In this document: positions 63,791 through 64,000 of the stretch, piece by piece
Position numbering within the stretch: the stretch's first letter is position 1
Layout of the letters: each line of letters starts with the position of its first letter
Assembly: GCA_026026165.1 (NCBI GenBank)
Contig: JAPEUD010000057.1
Span: forward strand, 62,001-126,000
Direction: 5' to 3'
DNA from: Sarea resinae
Taxonomy: Eukaryota
Length of the DNA stretch: 64,000 nt
Notes under the pieces: model-generated
The model's database searches: none
What the model was told of the DNA's origin: nothing
What the model saw: only the letters and a program-made list of their open reading frames with translations
Position numbers and translations under genes: made by a program

Positions 63791-64000
63791 ATGTCTGATC
63801 TCAACGCCTCCGTCAGCGAGACTTCGAACGGTTTCCACGTTGAAGGCTACGAGAAGATATCCTACGACTTTACCTTCTTGGACGGAGTCTTCAACCCTCA
63901 CAATTCGAACCTTGCCGACTGCTACAAGAAATGGGGTCGTGTTCTTGCCGTGACAGATCTCAACATCTTCAACCTCTATGGCAAGCAGATGGAGAACTAT
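63791..64000 (+). CDS. Desmethyl-4-deoxygadusol synthase (DDGS; sedoheptulose-7-phosphate cyclase, MysA-like), 5' part only
   Basis: Open to window end: MSDLNASVSETSNGFHVEGYEKISYDFTFLDGVFNPHNSNLADCYKKWGRVLAVTDLNIFNLYGKQMENY, matching my recollection of the fungal DDGS N-terminus; catalytic motifs lie outside the window. Confidence 0.88.
   Translation, partial: MSDLNASVSETSNGFHVEGYEKISYDFTFLDGVFNPHNSNLADCYKKWGRVLAVTDLNIFNLYGKQMENY

Overview
Intron-rich filamentous ascomycete (Pezizomycotina-type) nuclear DNA; the supplied ORF track ignores splicing, so gene models were rebuilt by eye from GT..CTRAC..YAG signals. Left arm (2-14 kb): GT8 glycosyltransferase, Pth11-like membrane protein, and an aldo-keto reductase divergently paired with an A-T-R NRPS-like reductase that has an unusual acidic repeat tail. 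15-26 kb: housekeeping genes UBC1, RPT2, ARB1, CCL1, separated by microsatellite mosaics. About 26-43 kb: a ~17 kb gene-poor, stop-rich, RIP-like island holding decayed Upf1/DNA2/NAM7-like (SF1B) helicase sequence, probably at least two copies. Right arm: orphan coiled-coil gene, possible decayed gene, DUF1996-WSC protein, MBOAT acyltransferase, PhyH dioxygenase, MEK1-like kinase, spliced RPL41 (absent from the ORF track), RPA49, and a divergent O-methyltransferase/DDGS pair marking a mycosporine cluster that runs off the right edge. No rRNA, tRNA, CRISPR or intact transposase was recognised. All calls rest on motifs read by eye; no searches were run.
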